64,000 nucleotides of DNA, taken from positions 215,671 through 279,670 of the forward strand of contig NC_069005.1 in NCBI RefSeq assembly GCF_001194135.2. The letters are read 5' to 3'. Numbering within the stretch: position 1 is the first letter of the stretch; every line of letters begins with the position of its first letter. The translations under genes were made by a program, and so were the position numbers. Positions 62,940-64,000 of the stretch are shown piece by piece. The notes beneath the pieces are model-generated. The model searched no databases. It saw only the letters and a list, made by a program, of their open reading frames with translations, and was not told where the DNA came from. Origin of the DNA: Octopus bimaculoides. Taxonomy: Eukaryota.

Positions 62940-63689
62940 AGAGCTGCTGTTTTAATCTAATGGTAGAGATACAAATATACACCGACATAAAATATCTTTG
63001 AACGAATGCCAGGGTTAAACAACAACGGATGTAGAAACAATAATAACACGAATAGAAATATAATAGGATTTTTGATAATGGCGATAACATTTTTTTTTTT
63101 TTTGTTATTTAAGGTTTTTGTTTTGATTTTTAATAGTAAATTTATGAAAATTTGTCGTTTAAAATGGAGCCATGAGCGTTTCCTTACAAGTAATCATTAC
63201 CATTATTGGATTTTATCAACATTGCGAGGTCAAGAGAAAGTCGTCTCATAAATTGCTCTTTAATAATCTGTTGTAATATAATCCGCGTCATACATCTGCT
63301 TCTTTCTGTTTCTTCTTTTTTCCCCGCCTTTTTATTCACGGAACCACATTAACCAATAACATGGCTGCAAAGAGATATTTGTACGATTGCATAGCAGTAA
63401 ATCTTTATTATTATTATTTAATTCTGCCTGGAGATTGCCGCCGGCAGGAGGTAATAATCAGTCAGAGGTTCAATATCAATGGAGGGTCAGATTTTTTATT
63501 TAGCTTCACCGCCGCCGCCATTAGTCGCACTTCCTATCCCGTTCTGGAATGATTTATATAACGAGTCTGCTAGTTCTCGCCGCCTTGCAAATAACCGTTT
63601 ATACATGTATACATATAAGCATACACACACACACACATATATATATATATACACACATACACACACAGACGAAAGGGAGGACAAAATAG

Positions 63690-64000
63690 CGCCACAAATA
63701 TGGCCCGCCATCACAACCTAAGAGATCATGGACACACTGAGGCCTACCGGCAACTGGAAAACTCCAGGAATAGACAATATCCCCAAATTCTGGCTGAAAA
63801 ACTCATACCCACATAGCAGCAGCATTTAATAAGCAAGCCAGTATCAACACCAAACTGGATGCTAGAAGAGCAAGCAACTGTACACCCACAAAATTATAGG
63901 CTAATAGCATGTCTATCAACAATGTACAAAACCCTCACAACAGTCACCTATAACCGGCTAAAAATGCGCCTGTAAAACAACAACGTTTTACCAGAAGAAC
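63690..64000 (+). mobile_element. R4/Dong-like LINE RT N-terminal remnant, runs off the window end
   Basis: ITT*EIMDTLRPTGNWKTPGIDNIPKFWLK...PNWMLE...PQNYRLIACLSTMYKTLT..NRLKMRL*NNNVLPEE, matching NWK.PG.D.I..FW.K and P.NYRPI.CL.T.YK..T. Confidence 0.88.

Overview
Repeat-dominated animal genomic DNA with 14 N-gaps, very dense di-, tri- and tetranucleotide microsatellites, and no recognisable intact protein-coding gene, rRNA, functional tRNA or CRISPR array. Nearly all ORFs in the supplied track are microsatellite or gap artefacts. From memory, the SINE families match those abundant in octopus genomes, so a cephalopod (Octopus-like) origin is inferred but not proven. Supportable content: (1) about 25 copies or fragments of four tRNA-headed SINE families (my labels A-D); (2) decayed LINE pieces: Tx1/L1-type ORF1 and ORF2, RTE/BovB-type, Hero-type and R4/Dong-type; (3) Penelope-like element (PLE) remnants, including a clear GIY-YIG endonuclease fragment; (4) mariner, Tc1 and pogo-type fragments and a small solo-LTR-like unit. 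The most interesting signals are three degenerate type I hammerhead-ribozyme-like motifs (11.4, 49.6 and 62.9 kb), one of them in the tail of a tRNA-headed SINE, which suggests a PLE-linked non-autonomous element system. Also notable: a pre-miRNA-sized hairpin at 50.1 kb, two perfect 15-bp-stem/2-nt-loop palindromes, two unrelated 14-bp tandem arrays and a cluster of ORF1-only LINE remnants. All protein-family calls are by-eye motif recognition; no searches were run, and repeat boundaries are approximate.
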